A DNA stretch of 64,000 nt, from the IMG/VR virus record IMGVR_UViG_3300006931_000029, positions 1 to 64,000 of that record. One strand, written 5' to 3'. The notes beneath the pieces are model-generated. The model ran no database searches. It worked only from the letters and a program-made list of their open reading frames with translations, and was not told where the DNA came from. The position numbers and the translations under genes are program-made. Below, piece by piece: positions 10,222 through 20,140 of this stretch. The first letter of the stretch is position 1. Each line of letters starts with the position of its first letter.

Positions 10222-11136
10222 TTACTCGTCAGCTTCGTTAGCGTATGGAGCCATCAGCTCCTTTTCACGAGCGGGAAAGTGTTTCTTGACATGGTTCAAG
10301 AGGTAACCTTTACGCTTGAACGAACGTCCGTCGGCTTCGCAAACGAACTTGTCAGGACGGTTGACAGGCGCTTTTGGTGCTGCCGGTTGAGGTGCTGCCG
10401 GAGGTTGAACTGGCGGAGTTGGTGTGTCCAATTCGGCGTTCAACTTCTTGAGGTGCGCCCCGACGTCAAGTACTCCGGTGTCGCCACCAACGTCAACTTC
10501 CTCCTGAGATTCGTCTGTCGGCACGATAGGGACTTGTTCCTTCTTCACCTCGACAGGTGACTCAACTCGAACAATTCCCGCTTTCGCCAACTTTCTGGCT
10601 TCGCCAGGCGTGGCATCTCTCGCGTTCATAATCGGTGGCAAATTGTCACCGCGAACTGGTTGACCATCCGTTTCCTTCGGAGCGTTTGAATCGTCCGGAA
10701 TAATGACTGGACGAAAGATGTTCCTCTTGACTGCTTCTTCGACAGTGTAGGTGGCAACTGCGTGCGACGGCGCTGTGACTCCTGTTGGAACTCCCGTGTA
10801 ACGAGAATGGACGCCGTCGAAACTGGCATCCTGCACAATTCCTCGGCTGTCCTTGACGACCTCGCTAGAGGACGACACGCCATTGTGATGAGCACTGCTG
10901 ACGAGCACCTCTGGGCGTGGAAATAAGTTGAGCTCGACTTCAGTTTTCGACGTCTCCCTGGCGAGCATGTCTGCGCCAACGAATTTCTCAAGAAGAGGAT
11001 CGTTTACTTTTTTGCCCGATCGATCGAGCACGTAACCCTTCGGAGAAACTGTTGCGCTGACGCCCACTGCCGAGATGTTGATGATGACAGGCCAGCGGTT
11101 CGGGTTGAAGTAGCCTACGGTCTTGGTTGAGCTCAT
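10222..11136 (-). CDS. Hypothetical protein with C-terminal C2H2-like finger
   Basis: FVCEADGRSFKRKGYLLNHVKKH. Confidence 0.65.
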   Translation of the reverse strand: MSSTKTVGYFNPNRWPVIINISAVGVSATVSPKGYVLDRSGKKVNDPLLEKFVGADMLARETSKTEVELNLFPRPEVLVSSAHHNGVSSSSEVVKDSRGIVQDASFDGVHSRYTGVPTGVTAPSHAVATYTVEEAVKRNIFRPVIIPDDSNAPKETDGQPVRGDNLPPIMNARDATPGEARKLAKAGIVRVESPVEVKKEQVPIVPTDESQEEVDVGGDTGVLDVGAHLKKLNAELDTPTPPVQPPAAPQPAAPKAPVNRPDKFVCEADGRSFKRKGYLLNHVKKHFPAREKELMAPYANEADE

Positions 11137-11172
11137 GTGCGTATGCGGAAAAAGAACACATTCTCTACTGAT

Positions 11173-11820
11173 ATGATTCTTCCCGGCTCTTCGACTTTTT
11201 ACGTGATGGGCATCGACCAGTCGTTAAACAGCACGGGGGTTTCGGTTGTGAGGGCAATCAACGGCTTGACCGAACCGATCATCAAGGAGACAATCGGCGT
11301 TTTCGGCAAAACGGGCATGGAGCGCTTAGACATCATCGTAAACCGAATTTTAGACCTGGCAGGACTGCACGCTCCTAACCTGATTTGCATGGAGGATGTC
11401 ACCAGAATGGCGTCGTCGGCCAGCATCATTCCTCTCACAGAGCTCTACGCTGTGATCAAATTCGAGCTCTGGAAAAGGAAGCTTCCATTGCGAGTTCAAA
11501 ACCAGTCCCAGATGAAGAAATTCAATTTCGGACAAGGTGATGTCTCGAAAGACTCGAACTACATGCTTAAGGTTTTCGACGCCACCGGCGAACGATTTGT
11601 TGACGATAACCAAGCGGACGCCTTCATGCACGCTAAGCTCGGCGTCGAAGTAATCAGATTTCTCCAGAAACAAAAAACCCTGAGCGACTACGAAGCTCCC
11701 CAGCAGGAAGTCCTGTTAGCTTCAGCGATGAAAGCTTCAGGACTGACCCAGGGTAAATTCAAAAAACTTACCGAGGAAGAGAAGATGAAGCTCGTGCTTC
11801 AATCGACTCTGTTATCGTAA
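11173..11820 (+). CDS. RuvC-like Holliday junction resolvase
   Basis: GIDQS..STG, ICMED and DNQADA catalytic motifs. Confidence 0.82.
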   Translation: MILPGSSTFYVMGIDQSLNSTGVSVVRAINGLTEPIIKETIGVFGKTGMERLDIIVNRILDLAGLHAPNLICMEDVTRMASSASIIPLTELYAVIKFELWKRKLPLRVQNQSQMKKFNFGQGDVSKDSNYMLKVFDATGERFVDDNQADAFMHAKLGVEVIRFLQKQKTLSDYEAPQQEVLLASAMKASGLTQGKFKKLTEEEKMKLVLQSTLLS

Positions 11821-12075
11821 GTCCACGGCTGCAACGTGCAGTTGGACAAGATTATCGTTTACGAAAATCCCCAGCCTGGTTCCGTCGCCAGGTTTGACAG
11901 ATTCCGAAGCGTCAAACTCGGCGACACGGACAGGGATTCCGCGTAGAGCGGAAATCTTGAAGTCTCGTCCGGCGGCTAAGGCAACAGTCGCAGCAGGAGT
12001 AATGACGACTTCGGTTGGTGGCCGTCCGTCATGGAGAGCTGAGAACTTGTCAAGAGCCGTTTCGATTGCCAGCAT
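11812..12075 (-). CDS. Hypothetical protein
   Basis: 87-aa ORF with TATTTA upstream. Confidence 0.55.
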   Translation of the reverse strand: MLAIETALDKFSALHDGRPPTEVVITPAATVALAAGRDFKISALRGIPVRVAEFDASESVKPGDGTRLGIFVNDNLVQLHVAAVDLR

Positions 12076-12200
12076 TTGGGGTAAATACCCGACCGGCTAG
12101 CTCCCTGATCAAAACCTGTTGCTCCTGGACGACTCTGTTGAGCTGGGCAACCAAACTAGCATCGTTTTCAGATTGCTGAACCCAGGCGCGAAGAGACGCA

Positions 12201-12704
12201 TTACTGTGCCCCTGCGCTAAGCTCTCGATGGATAGCCCCGAGGACTTCGAACCTTGCTGCGTCGAGGGCGACTTGCCTTGCTTCGATTCCTCGTCTGGCA
12301 AAGATTTCAAGGGAAGAGGAGTCTCGGTGGTAGGGTTTTCCATAAAGAATGAGTTTCACGCCATGGTCAATAACGGCTTCCGCACAGGCGGGACACGGAA
12401 GCGTTGTGACAGCTAACGTGCGAATCTCACCTGGAGAACAAAGACTCAGTGCGTTTCGCTCTGCGTGAATGACGTGCTGAAGTCTTCCCTCTCTATCCAT
12501 CCATTGAGCGTCGGTCAACGTTTGACCCGGTTTGAGACCGTTGTAACCCGTCGCAATGACTCTGTTCGAGTGGTTTAGCGCCACGCATCCAACCCGATGA
12601 AAAGGGTCCTCGCTACGCAACGAGGCTACCCACGCCAGACACATGGCATAGAGTTCTACCGAAATCCGGTAGTCCTTCGGAAAAGTCTGGGCGGACTGGG
12701 ACAT
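12201..12704 (-). CDS. dCMP deaminase
   Basis: SEDP...VGC, TGYNG, HAERNA and PCPAC zinc motifs. Confidence 0.9.
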   Translation of the reverse strand: MSQSAQTFPKDYRISVELYAMCLAWVASLRSEDPFHRVGCVALNHSNRVIATGYNGLKPGQTLTDAQWMDREGRLQHVIHAERNALSLCSPGEIRTLAVTTLPCPACAEAVIDHGVKLILYGKPYHRDSSSLEIFARRGIEARQVALDAARFEVLGAIHRELSAGAQ

Positions 12705-13077
12705 ACTTTGGGCCGATCGTCAATGAGTTTGGTTTGCGGATGCGGATCAGTTTCCCCTCTTTGCAGAGACGAGTAGCCAAGGGCATCAGTTTCTGGCGTT
12801 GAGAACGGCTCTGGTATTTGTGTGGGCCCGCCAGCTTTCCCATCCGATTCAAAAGGTCCCAAAGCTTGATCGGCTGACTAGCGGCCACAAGCTGAAGCAT
12901 GGCGATCTCTTCTTCGACCATGTCAACGGTGTCGCACGGTTTCAGCTTGCGTTGGAATCCCCACGGATTTAGTCCCTTGCCTAGGTCGACCTCGTGCGGA
13001 AGGGGCATCGTAGGTTTTGGACCACGCCCGGAATTGCTGGTGATCCTGTCGGTGTCCGGTCTTTTTCGCTTGCTCAC
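12613..13077 (-). CDS. Hypothetical protein (possible winged helix)
   Basis: 154-aa basic ORF in operon. Confidence 0.5.
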   Translation of the reverse strand: MSKRKRPDTDRITSNSGRGPKPTMPLPHEVDLGKGLNPWGFQRKLKPCDTVDMVEEEIAMLQLVAASQPIKLWDLLNRMGKLAGPHKYQSRSQRQKLMPLATRLCKEGKLIRIRKPNSLTIGPKYVPVRPDFSEGLPDFGRTLCHVSGVGSLVA

Positions 13078-13436
13078 CTTGGCATTTGGCTAGACGGCAG
13101 AAAGACCCGCCTTGGAGCTTGGCTAGACGGGGCTCGTGTTGGCACTCGGCTTGTTGGAGGAACGAACGGTCCTTGAACCAACTTGTGAATCATCTTGTCG
13201 GCTTGTTCTTCGGTCACCTCGACCTCAACTTCGGCAGACACGACCTTTTTGACGATCTTTTTGCGTTCCGGAATCGGCAACTTGGCGTAGATTTTGTCGA
13301 CTTCTTTCGGGTCAAATGGCATGCTGGCAGGAGGAATTCCTTCGCGTAACATACGGCGAATCCTTCTCGAGTCTTTTCCAGAAGGTTTTGGTTTTTCGGC
13401 CCCGAAGGCCATTTGCCTGAATGTTGCCTCGTTCAT
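13074..13436 (-). CDS. Hypothetical protein
   Basis: ATGA overlap with the glycosyltransferase stop. Confidence 0.55.
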   Translation of the reverse strand: MNEATFRQMAFGAEKPKPSGKDSRRIRRMLREGIPPASMPFDPKEVDKIYAKLPIPERKKIVKKVVSAEVEVEVTEEQADKMIHKLVQGPFVPPTSRVPTRAPSSQAPRRVFLPSSQMPR

Positions 13437-14971
13437 TTGATTGCAAGAAATTTGTGGAGGGACTCTGGCACTTCGTCCATCTCGTCCAACGACCACTCTC
13501 TAACCAATTTCCATGGGTTATAGGGAATGTACATGTGAACGTTTTTCATGCCGGGTTTGATGTGCGGCAGGACGTTTTTGATCCAACCTTCGAAATCGTA
13601 GTTCGGATCGTCGTAGTGACCGGACTCGCGGTTTTTCTGGATGATCTCCTCCATTGTCTTTCTGGTGGCGGTGAAATGGAAAATCTTGTGGCCTTTAAGT
13701 TCGCACTTGTTGCCAAACGTTCCTCGACACTCCTGAAACTTAGCTTCGTGGTTGACGTAGATGGACGCCTTGTCGACAGCACCTTCGATTGGAAAACCAG
13801 GAAGTCCGACCACTGGAACCATGCCTGTGTAGACACACAGCGGTTTGAAGTCGTTGATGATGTCGAGAAGTTCAGCCAGTAATCCCTTGCGCCACAGTTC
13901 GTCGCCGTCGGCGATGATGATGTGCTTGAAATCATAGCTACGAACCCACTCAAGCGCTTCGTTTCTTGCGAATGTTTCGACTTGAATTCTCGAGCGTCCT
14001 GGAGCTCGATGAGGCTTGATGTCAAAGATTCTGTTGTGAACTTCGATGTCTGCGTAAGTGTTTTTAAGGCGAAACGCGACCTCCACGACCTGATCCGATT
14101 CCTCTTTTGGGACTATCCGACCTGACCAATACTCGTTCGGAATATAGAAAAAGAAAACTCTGACGCCTTCTTCGTAGAGACGTTGACAAACCTCGAACAG
14201 ACAAAAGTCGTCCTTGGTCGCCTGAATGTAGACGGCAAGGTCTTTTGGAGTCACGACTGCGCTGTCAAACATGGGCCCGGCATCAACAGGAAATCCCATT
14301 GACTGCCGATACTTGAACAACATTTCGCCGGCTATGTAGCGTTGCTTCGACGAGTGGTTCAAATCGATGTCGTCTCGCTGCCTCTTTCCGCAGTCAGGGT
14401 GTAGGTGCTCGAACGTAATGTGAGTTGCCTGAATTACAGCATTCTCCTGGTGGGCGACAAACGTGAACTCCGTGTCGCAAAACATCGACTCGTAACCAGG
14501 ATAGAAAATGTAGCCGAATCGGTTGAACCTCTTCTTCGTTAGAATAGCTAACGTGAAGATGTCGCCATTGTAGCCATCGGCCACGTGAACCGCTTTGTCT
14601 TGCAACCACCACTCTGCTTCGGACACCGTGAGAAGCTGGTCGTCCCATGCCTGTGGAGGATCGAAGTCGTCGGCGACGGCAATAATGATGTCGCCAAGGT
14701 CCGACGCGTCTTGCACAATCTGAGCGGCTAGATTCCACCCTTTAACACAGGTGCCCGGAAGGTCCGTGACCACAGCCGTGCCAACTTCGACCTTCATGCC
14801 TACGGCAACTTTCTCGATCTCGGCGTGGACGTCGGGTCGGTTTGCGTCGGTAGTGATCGCCCAGCTAATCAGCTTTGGGCGAGACGCTCGAGTCATCCAC
14901 TTGTCTACTACGGTTTGAACGTATGCCGCTCGGACCGTCGTGTAGCAGAGAGTAAATTTTGGCAGTTGCAT
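13433..14971 (-). CDS. Tandem GT-A (GT2-like) glycosyltransferase
   Basis: Two DxD-type sites (AVADDF, IADGDE), FCDTE, HLH; TGATG coupling to the ThyA-like gene. Confidence 0.75.
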   Translation of the reverse strand: MQLPKFTLCYTTVRAAYVQTVVDKWMTRASRPKLISWAITTDANRPDVHAEIEKVAVGMKVEVGTAVVTDLPGTCVKGWNLAAQIVQDASDLGDIIIAVADDFDPPQAWDDQLLTVSEAEWWLQDKAVHVADGYNGDIFTLAILTKKRFNRFGYIFYPGYESMFCDTEFTFVAHQENAVIQATHITFEHLHPDCGKRQRDDIDLNHSSKQRYIAGEMLFKYRQSMGFPVDAGPMFDSAVVTPKDLAVYIQATKDDFCLFEVCQRLYEEGVRVFFFYIPNEYWSGRIVPKEESDQVVEVAFRLKNTYADIEVHNRIFDIKPHRAPGRSRIQVETFARNEALEWVRSYDFKHIIIADGDELWRKGLLAELLDIINDFKPLCVYTGMVPVVGLPGFPIEGAVDKASIYVNHEAKFQECRGTFGNKCELKGHKIFHFTATRKTMEEIIQKNRESGHYDDPNYDFEGWIKNVLPHIKPGMKNVHMYIPYNPWKLVREWSLDEMDEVPESLHKFLAIK

Positions 14972-15714
14972 CAGGAAGTCATTGCTAAAGCTTTGTCGGC
15001 ATCCGTGTCGTAGACATGAAACGAATCGGCGATGTGCGTATAGCTTCCAACCTTCAGGTTGGGATATTTCTGTCTCAGCTCCGACACCATGCGCTCGATC
15101 AAATAGCAGAACCACGGCATGTCGTAGACGAGTCCTTTGACAACGTCATTCGACCGCATGTGGACGATGAGGTGCAATCGATCTTCGCGCAACAGAAAAT
15201 TGCCGTAAACCGTGCACGTCTGATCTTTGTTGCCAACCCAGAGATGCTCGTGCTTATGGAATTTGATGATCGCCTGGCGTGTGTCGGGATCGTTGAGGAG
15301 AGACAAGCGAGCCCATTCCCATGGAGTCCTCATTACCGGATTACCGCCTTCCGACTCGTATCTCGGTTCACCACACGACTTGGAAAAGAAGATGAGATGG
15401 CCGTAGGACGAGTTTATAGTACCGTCTGGATTTCCGAGCTGGAGCCAGAATTTACTGATCTTGCCGAAGTCGTCGACTGAGGTTAATCCTTTGGCGTAAA
15501 CGTCAAATTCAGCTTTCGTGTATCGAGCAATGACCTCATTCCTTTCCGGGCTTCGCGTAACAATAGGCTCAGAGCTTGGGTTCTCTACCGTGAACTGGTA
15601 GTGAAGCTTCTCTCGGATAGCCTTACCTCGTGGGGAAGACCTGAAGTCCGCATTGGTCAGGACGTCCCGCAAGACTTCCAGATATGCTTCGCTTGTGTTA
15701 GAAAATCTGCGCAT
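14971..15714 (-). CDS. Thymidylate-synthase-family enzyme (dCMP/dUMP methylase or hydroxymethylase)
   Basis: DTRQA, catalytic Cys in DQTCT, MRSND..GLVYD, SFHVY. Confidence 0.88.
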   Translation of the reverse strand: MRRFSNTSEAYLEVLRDVLTNADFRSSPRGKAIREKLHYQFTVENPSSEPIVTRSPERNEVIARYTKAEFDVYAKGLTSVDDFGKISKFWLQLGNPDGTINSSYGHLIFFSKSCGEPRYESEGGNPVMRTPWEWARLSLLNDPDTRQAIIKFHKHEHLWVGNKDQTCTVYGNFLLREDRLHLIVHMRSNDVVKGLVYDMPWFCYLIERMVSELRQKYPNLKVGSYTHIADSFHVYDTDADKALAMTS

Positions 15715-15754
15715 CGTGTTCTACTTACGCTGAAGAACTACCCAACCAGAAATC

Positions 15755-16345
15755 ATGTATAGCCAAAACGACGAAGAACGGGTCATCCTTGAACTGTTCG
15801 CCAATCAACCAAAAGGGCATCTCCTAGACATCGGTGCCTTTGACGGCAAAACTTTTTCGAACAGTTTAGCTCTGATTGAGCGTGGCTGGTCGGGAGTTCT
15901 GGTTGAGCCGAATCCGACGTCGCTGTGCGCGTTGATCAATCAACACGGAAAGAATCCCGACGTCCAGATCATCGGCGGGCTTATCACGCCAGACACTGGG
16001 TTGAAGAAATTTTTCACTTGCAACGATGCTGTGTCTACGACAGACGAAAGCTTTACCGAGATTTGGAAACAGGCTGGCGTGAAGTTTCAGCCTATCTGGT
16101 TGCCTCCTGTGCACCCGGCCGCAGTGTGCTACGGCCACAAGTTCGACTTTATCACGATTGACGTCGAAGACGGCACACTTCAGATCGTTCAAGCGATGCT
16201 GGGAGCGTTCGTTCAAGCCAAGGTGGTGTGCGTTGAACACAGCGTTGGTCACCACACGATCCGTGACGAGCTGCAGGAAATCTTTTTGTCTCTCGACTAC
16301 AGACTGGTTCACACAACCGGAGAAAATTACATTTTCGCGAAGTAG
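15755..16345 (+). CDS. FkbM-family methyltransferase
   Basis: YSQ, LDIGAFDG..SNS, GVLVEP, IDVE. Confidence 0.85.
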   Translation: MYSQNDEERVILELFANQPKGHLLDIGAFDGKTFSNSLALIERGWSGVLVEPNPTSLCALINQHGKNPDVQIIGGLITPDTGLKKFFTCNDAVSTTDESFTEIWKQAGVKFQPIWLPPVHPAAVCYGHKFDFITIDVEDGTLQIVQAMLGAFVQAKVVCVEHSVGHHTIRDELQEIFLSLDYRLVHTTGENYIFAK

Positions 16346-16358
16346 TAGATAGCTTCGC

Positions 16359-16646
16359 ATGAGAACCGATTCCGAGACTGACCGTCTCGTTCGCGACAAA
16401 ATTCGTATGTCGTGGTTGAACCTACACGCTCGAGAGGTGTTGATTCAACCGCTTAACGGCTCTTGCGTCGCACTGACGTTCAGAGACCTTCGGTTTGAAG
16501 GCACAGACCTTAAGGACTGTGTGGATCAGGCGCTAGAAAAGTTGGATGGAACTGAGCAATCGCGTTTCGGAGCGCGTCACGATACAGTTTCCCATCCGCC
16601 GCAAACCGTCGTCCCCACTGGGGATGCGGGACAATCGCAGGCTTAA
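16359..16646 (+). CDS. Hypothetical protein
   Basis: Short ORF, 3' end overlaps the convergent kinase. Confidence 0.45.
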   Translation: MRTDSETDRLVRDKIRMSWLNLHAREVLIQPLNGSCVALTFRDLRFEGTDLKDCVDQALEKLDGTEQSRFGARHDTVSHPPQTVVPTGDAGQSQA

Positions 16647-17586
16647 GTCCGAACGACTTGACTCTGTCAGCCGCGCTCTGACCCAGAGCGACAACCTGGA
16701 TTTTGCCCATGAGAGGACCTTGCTCAACCATCAGTTGAGCTAGCGTGTCGTGTTCTCGATCGTTGACGTTAGTCCAAATCGCAACTGTTTCGTCGAATAG
16801 AATGCGATGAAGTTGCTCTGTGAGCCACAGAGACGAATGAGCGTATTCGAAAAACGGCCACGTCCATCGGTGCTTCGGTTTAGGAGCATCGCCAGTAATC
16901 AAGATACTAGTTCTCGGTCTGATCATACCAAGAAAGTTGTCGTTGTCTAACGCGCCAAGCAGTTGAGTCGATTGGAGTTCAACTAGTCGTTTCTCGACTA
17001 AGTCACAAGTTAATTCAGTTCCGTTAGGACGGATAGTGTGTTCGATTACGTCTTGGCGGCTTCGACGATTTGCCAACTCAGCCATGTCGTCGAGATAGGT
17101 TTTGCGAGGGACCTCTGGAGGAGGGTTGTCAAAGTTGGGATTCCGACCAAGAGTTTTCAGATAGAGGTCGTTGACGTCTGCGTTTCTCACCGCATCGACA
17201 TCGGTTCGGTTAGCTCGAGTCTTTCGATACCGCTCAATGAGTACTTCCCGATCCCGCTCAACAGAGACGATTTGAACGGCACACGCTTTTAGCAGGACGC
17301 GATCGACCATTCGACCTTGATGCGGCCAAGGGGTTCCATTCCGATAGATTTGAGCGTAGATGACTTCCGACATCCAAAGGCGATCGAGAATCACCAGCCG
17401 AGTTTTGGCTAGTTCCAACGCACGGCGGAGTACGGCGGCATGGTAGGCGAAGATGTTTCTTGTAAACCTGTAGGTCTGGTGTAGAATAACAGCGTCGTGG
17501 CGCTTCTTAAGCTCTTCGGCGAGCGTTGTTTTACCGGTGGCATTCGCGCCATCGATGCAAATAACACCAGTCAATTTTCTTTCCAT
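16510..17586 (-). CDS. dNMP kinase fused to a UDG-like C-terminal domain
   Basis: DGANATGKTT P-loop, LDR...SE; C-terminal VALG..A and PHPQ. Confidence 0.75.
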   Translation of the reverse strand: MERKLTGVICIDGANATGKTTLAEELKKRHDAVILHQTYRFTRNIFAYHAAVLRRALELAKTRLVILDRLWMSEVIYAQIYRNGTPWPHQGRMVDRVLLKACAVQIVSVERDREVLIERYRKTRANRTDVDAVRNADVNDLYLKTLGRNPNFDNPPPEVPRKTYLDDMAELANRRSRQDVIEHTIRPNGTELTCDLVEKRLVELQSTQLLGALDNDNFLGMIRPRTSILITGDAPKPKHRWTWPFFEYAHSSLWLTEQLHRILFDETVAIWTNVNDREHDTLAQLMVEQGPLMGKIQVVALGQSAADRVKSFGLKPAIVPHPQWGRRFAADGKLYRDALRNAIAQFHPTFLAPDPHSP

Positions 17587-17664
17587 TGGAGGTTAAGAAC
17601 AGGCAAGGTTGGCCCAAATCTAGGTAGAGGACACTCGACCAGAGTTCAGTGGTTCTTATCCTCG

Positions 17665-18375
17665 ATGAAGGATGCAATTGTGAGTTTTGCCCGTAAGGGC
17701 CGCGAAAACTATCCGAGCGCGTTTCCGCGCCTTATTTCCAGCGCGCGTGCTGCCGGGTTCACCGGTGATTTCATCATGTGTGCTCCAGAACTACCCGGTA
17801 CCGAGATTATCGAAGGGGTGCTGAATCAGCCAGACCTTTCCATTCCGTCGCACCAGGAGGTGCCGTATGGCTTCAAACCAGCGTTGATGGGTATAGCTAG
17901 GGACCGAGGTTACCAGCGGGTTCTTTGGTGCGACTCGACGATCGATTTTGTGAGAGATGTCCCCGGCATTTTCGACACAATCACATGGAAAGGACTGATG
18001 TTGTTTGACAACCCCGGTTGTCCGGAGAATCACTGGACAAGCGACGATTGCCTGGCTAAGATGGGTTGCTCCTACGAAGAATCGTGCACCATCACTCAAG
18101 CAATGGCGTGTGCGATGGGATTTGATTTTGAGAATCCAGTCGCTAGCGGAATCTTCAACGAATGGATGGAATATGGCAAGGACGGCGTCTGTTTCCAAGG
18201 GAAGTCAGGATCAAGCCGCCCCGACTTCCGAGCTCACCGGCACGACCAAAGTGTCATCAGCTACCTCGCCCACAAGCACAAAATCGAGAAGATTCCGTAC
18301 GGTGTCTTGTCGTACTGGAACGACAGGGCCCAATTCAATTCTCACCTGTGCAACCGAGGTATCGGCCAACCATAA
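17665..18375 (+). CDS. Nucleotide-diphospho-sugar transferase-like protein
   Basis: YGFKP, VLWCDS, HRHDQSV.S motifs. Confidence 0.7.
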   Translation: MKDAIVSFARKGRENYPSAFPRLISSARAAGFTGDFIMCAPELPGTEIIEGVLNQPDLSIPSHQEVPYGFKPALMGIARDRGYQRVLWCDSTIDFVRDVPGIFDTITWKGLMLFDNPGCPENHWTSDDCLAKMGCSYEESCTITQAMACAMGFDFENPVASGIFNEWMEYGKDGVCFQGKSGSSRPDFRAHRHDQSVISYLAHKHKIEKIPYGVLSYWNDRAQFNSHLCNRGIGQP

Positions 18376-18377
18376 CC

Positions 18378-19643
18378 ATGTCCGTTTCAGACGTCACCAT
18401 CAAGCTTCCAAAACCCGAGTGGGTCATCGTATCGTTCAAAGAGCCCGTCCTGTGGGATCGTTCTGAAAATGAGACGTGGATGTTCAATCCGAACCGTCGC
18501 TATATCATCAACAAAGGGCAGGTTGAGAGCGTAGCCGAGAAGATCGACACGATCTCGGAGCTCAAAGGAAGCCGTCTGCACAATCCGCTGCTGGCGAATC
18601 GAAACTTAGCGAACTCCAACATCCTCGTCGAGCGACATCGTGATCGCGGATTCGGTGACTATCTCTTCCTCACCGGTCCGATGAACTACATCAAGCATGT
18701 CTCTGGTGGGAGTGCGAACATCGACGTTTACGCGTTAGCGGATAAGGGAAAGATTCTGGACCACCATCCTGCTCTTCGTTATTCATCGACGCTGTCCGGT
18801 CCAATTGAGTACGACAGCCTGCATCTTTATCACTATCACTGGTTCATCGATACGGTTACGGAGTACGACTCTGAGCCGGACCAGTTGAACGTCTATGACG
18901 CGCTTTACAAGCAGCTCGGCATCGAACACCAGTCTGTCGATCCTCGGTTCAAGCGTCCATCGATGACGTTGTCCAACCAAGACTACAAAGACCTGGACTC
19001 TCTTTACTACTTCATCTACCTGCAGAAGAAGATTGATCTTCGGCGCGTCGGCTATTATGTGGTCGCTCCAACGGCAATGGCGAATCTCCGGTCAGCCAAC
19101 TACCAGTTGTGGCTGACGACGATCATGAACATGGCGAAAGCCCGTCCAGTTGTCGTGCTAGGGTATAGCAACAACTCTCGAGCACCGGCGACCGACATGG
19201 CCTACGGTACGTTCATGCAGCATCTCGACAATCTTGGACCGAACGTAATCAATCTCACAGGCGCAACTCCAATCCGAGTCGCATGCGGTTTGATGTCTCG
19301 AGCCGTCTGTGCCGTGACTCTTGATTCCGGCCTGCTTTACGTGGCGCAGGCGTTCAGAGTTCCTGCCATCTCCATCTGGGGACCTGTGTCGCCGTGGTCT
19401 CGTATCGGCTATGACAAGGATTACATGGAGCTTGCCATCTGGAACAAGGAATCGTGTCGGTTCGCCAGTTGCCAAGCTCATGCCGATTTCCCTCGAAACA
19501 AGTGTCCTCGCGGCGAGAGTCAAGTTGTCTGCGAGCCGATTGGCACCGTAACGCCGGATCAGATCGTTGACAAGATCAGAAAGGTTGAGGCGTCGTTGAA
19601 CGGCACCAAGCCTGTCGAGCCTGATCCGCGGCGTCAAGCGTGA
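18378..19643 (+). CDS. GT9 (heptosyltransferase-like) glycosyltransferase
   Basis: RGFGD, INLTG, DSGL..VAQA..VP.I.IWGP, Cys-rich C-terminus. Confidence 0.82.
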   Translation: MSVSDVTIKLPKPEWVIVSFKEPVLWDRSENETWMFNPNRRYIINKGQVESVAEKIDTISELKGSRLHNPLLANRNLANSNILVERHRDRGFGDYLFLTGPMNYIKHVSGGSANIDVYALADKGKILDHHPALRYSSTLSGPIEYDSLHLYHYHWFIDTVTEYDSEPDQLNVYDALYKQLGIEHQSVDPRFKRPSMTLSNQDYKDLDSLYYFIYLQKKIDLRRVGYYVVAPTAMANLRSANYQLWLTTIMNMAKARPVVVLGYSNNSRAPATDMAYGTFMQHLDNLGPNVINLTGATPIRVACGLMSRAVCAVTLDSGLLYVAQAFRVPAISIWGPVSPWSRIGYDKDYMELAIWNKESCRFASCQAHADFPRNKCPRGESQVVCEPIGTVTPDQIVDKIRKVEASLNGTKPVEPDPRRQA

Positions 19644-20140
19644 CCGCTTTCGATAGAATCCTGATTGCCGACTACAATGAACGCAATCCGTTCAGGTCGA
19701 TTTTCGCCGAAGAGCAGAGACATACAACGTTCGTCAACGCCCCGCTAGGAACCGCTCCAACCGTGGGAATGGCATCGCCAACTGGAGACACAGACAACGA
19801 CACGTCCACAATTGTCTACACGATTCGTCCGCAGAGAATAACGTACGCCTACACGGAGGTTTTTTCTAATTGCACTTCGTGGACGGGCGGGTGGTACACA
19901 GACAATCGCACCGAGGCGGAAAAAAGAAAAGCGTGGCAGAAGTACTGGCAAGGGCTTTATCGCAAGCCGAGAATTGCCTACGTCAAACTTCAGGATTCCA
20001 GGTTCTTTTCGTCAGTCCGTAGCGTAACGAAAATTCCAGGGATTGTTGAATCCAGAAAGAAAGCTCTCAGTCCTGCCATGCACTCCCATCGGAGATTCAT
20101 GGCAAAGATGATGAAGCCGGTCAGTCAGAGATGTTGTTGA
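19640..20140 (+). CDS. Hypothetical protein
   Basis: GTGA overlap with the GT9 stop. Confidence 0.5.
   Translation: MTAFDRILIADYNERNPFRSIFAEEQRHTTFVNAPLGTAPTVGMASPTGDTDNDTSTIVYTIRPQRITYAYTEVFSNCTSWTGGWYTDNRTEAEKRKAWQKYWQGLYRKPRIAYVKLQDSRFFSSVRSVTKIPGIVESRKKALSPAMHSHRRFMAKMMKPVSQRCC

Noticed and set aside
12050-12343. 97-aa ORF overlapping the dCMP deaminase
   Set aside because: 143-nt out-of-frame overlap with a well-supported gene and no motifs; left uncalled.
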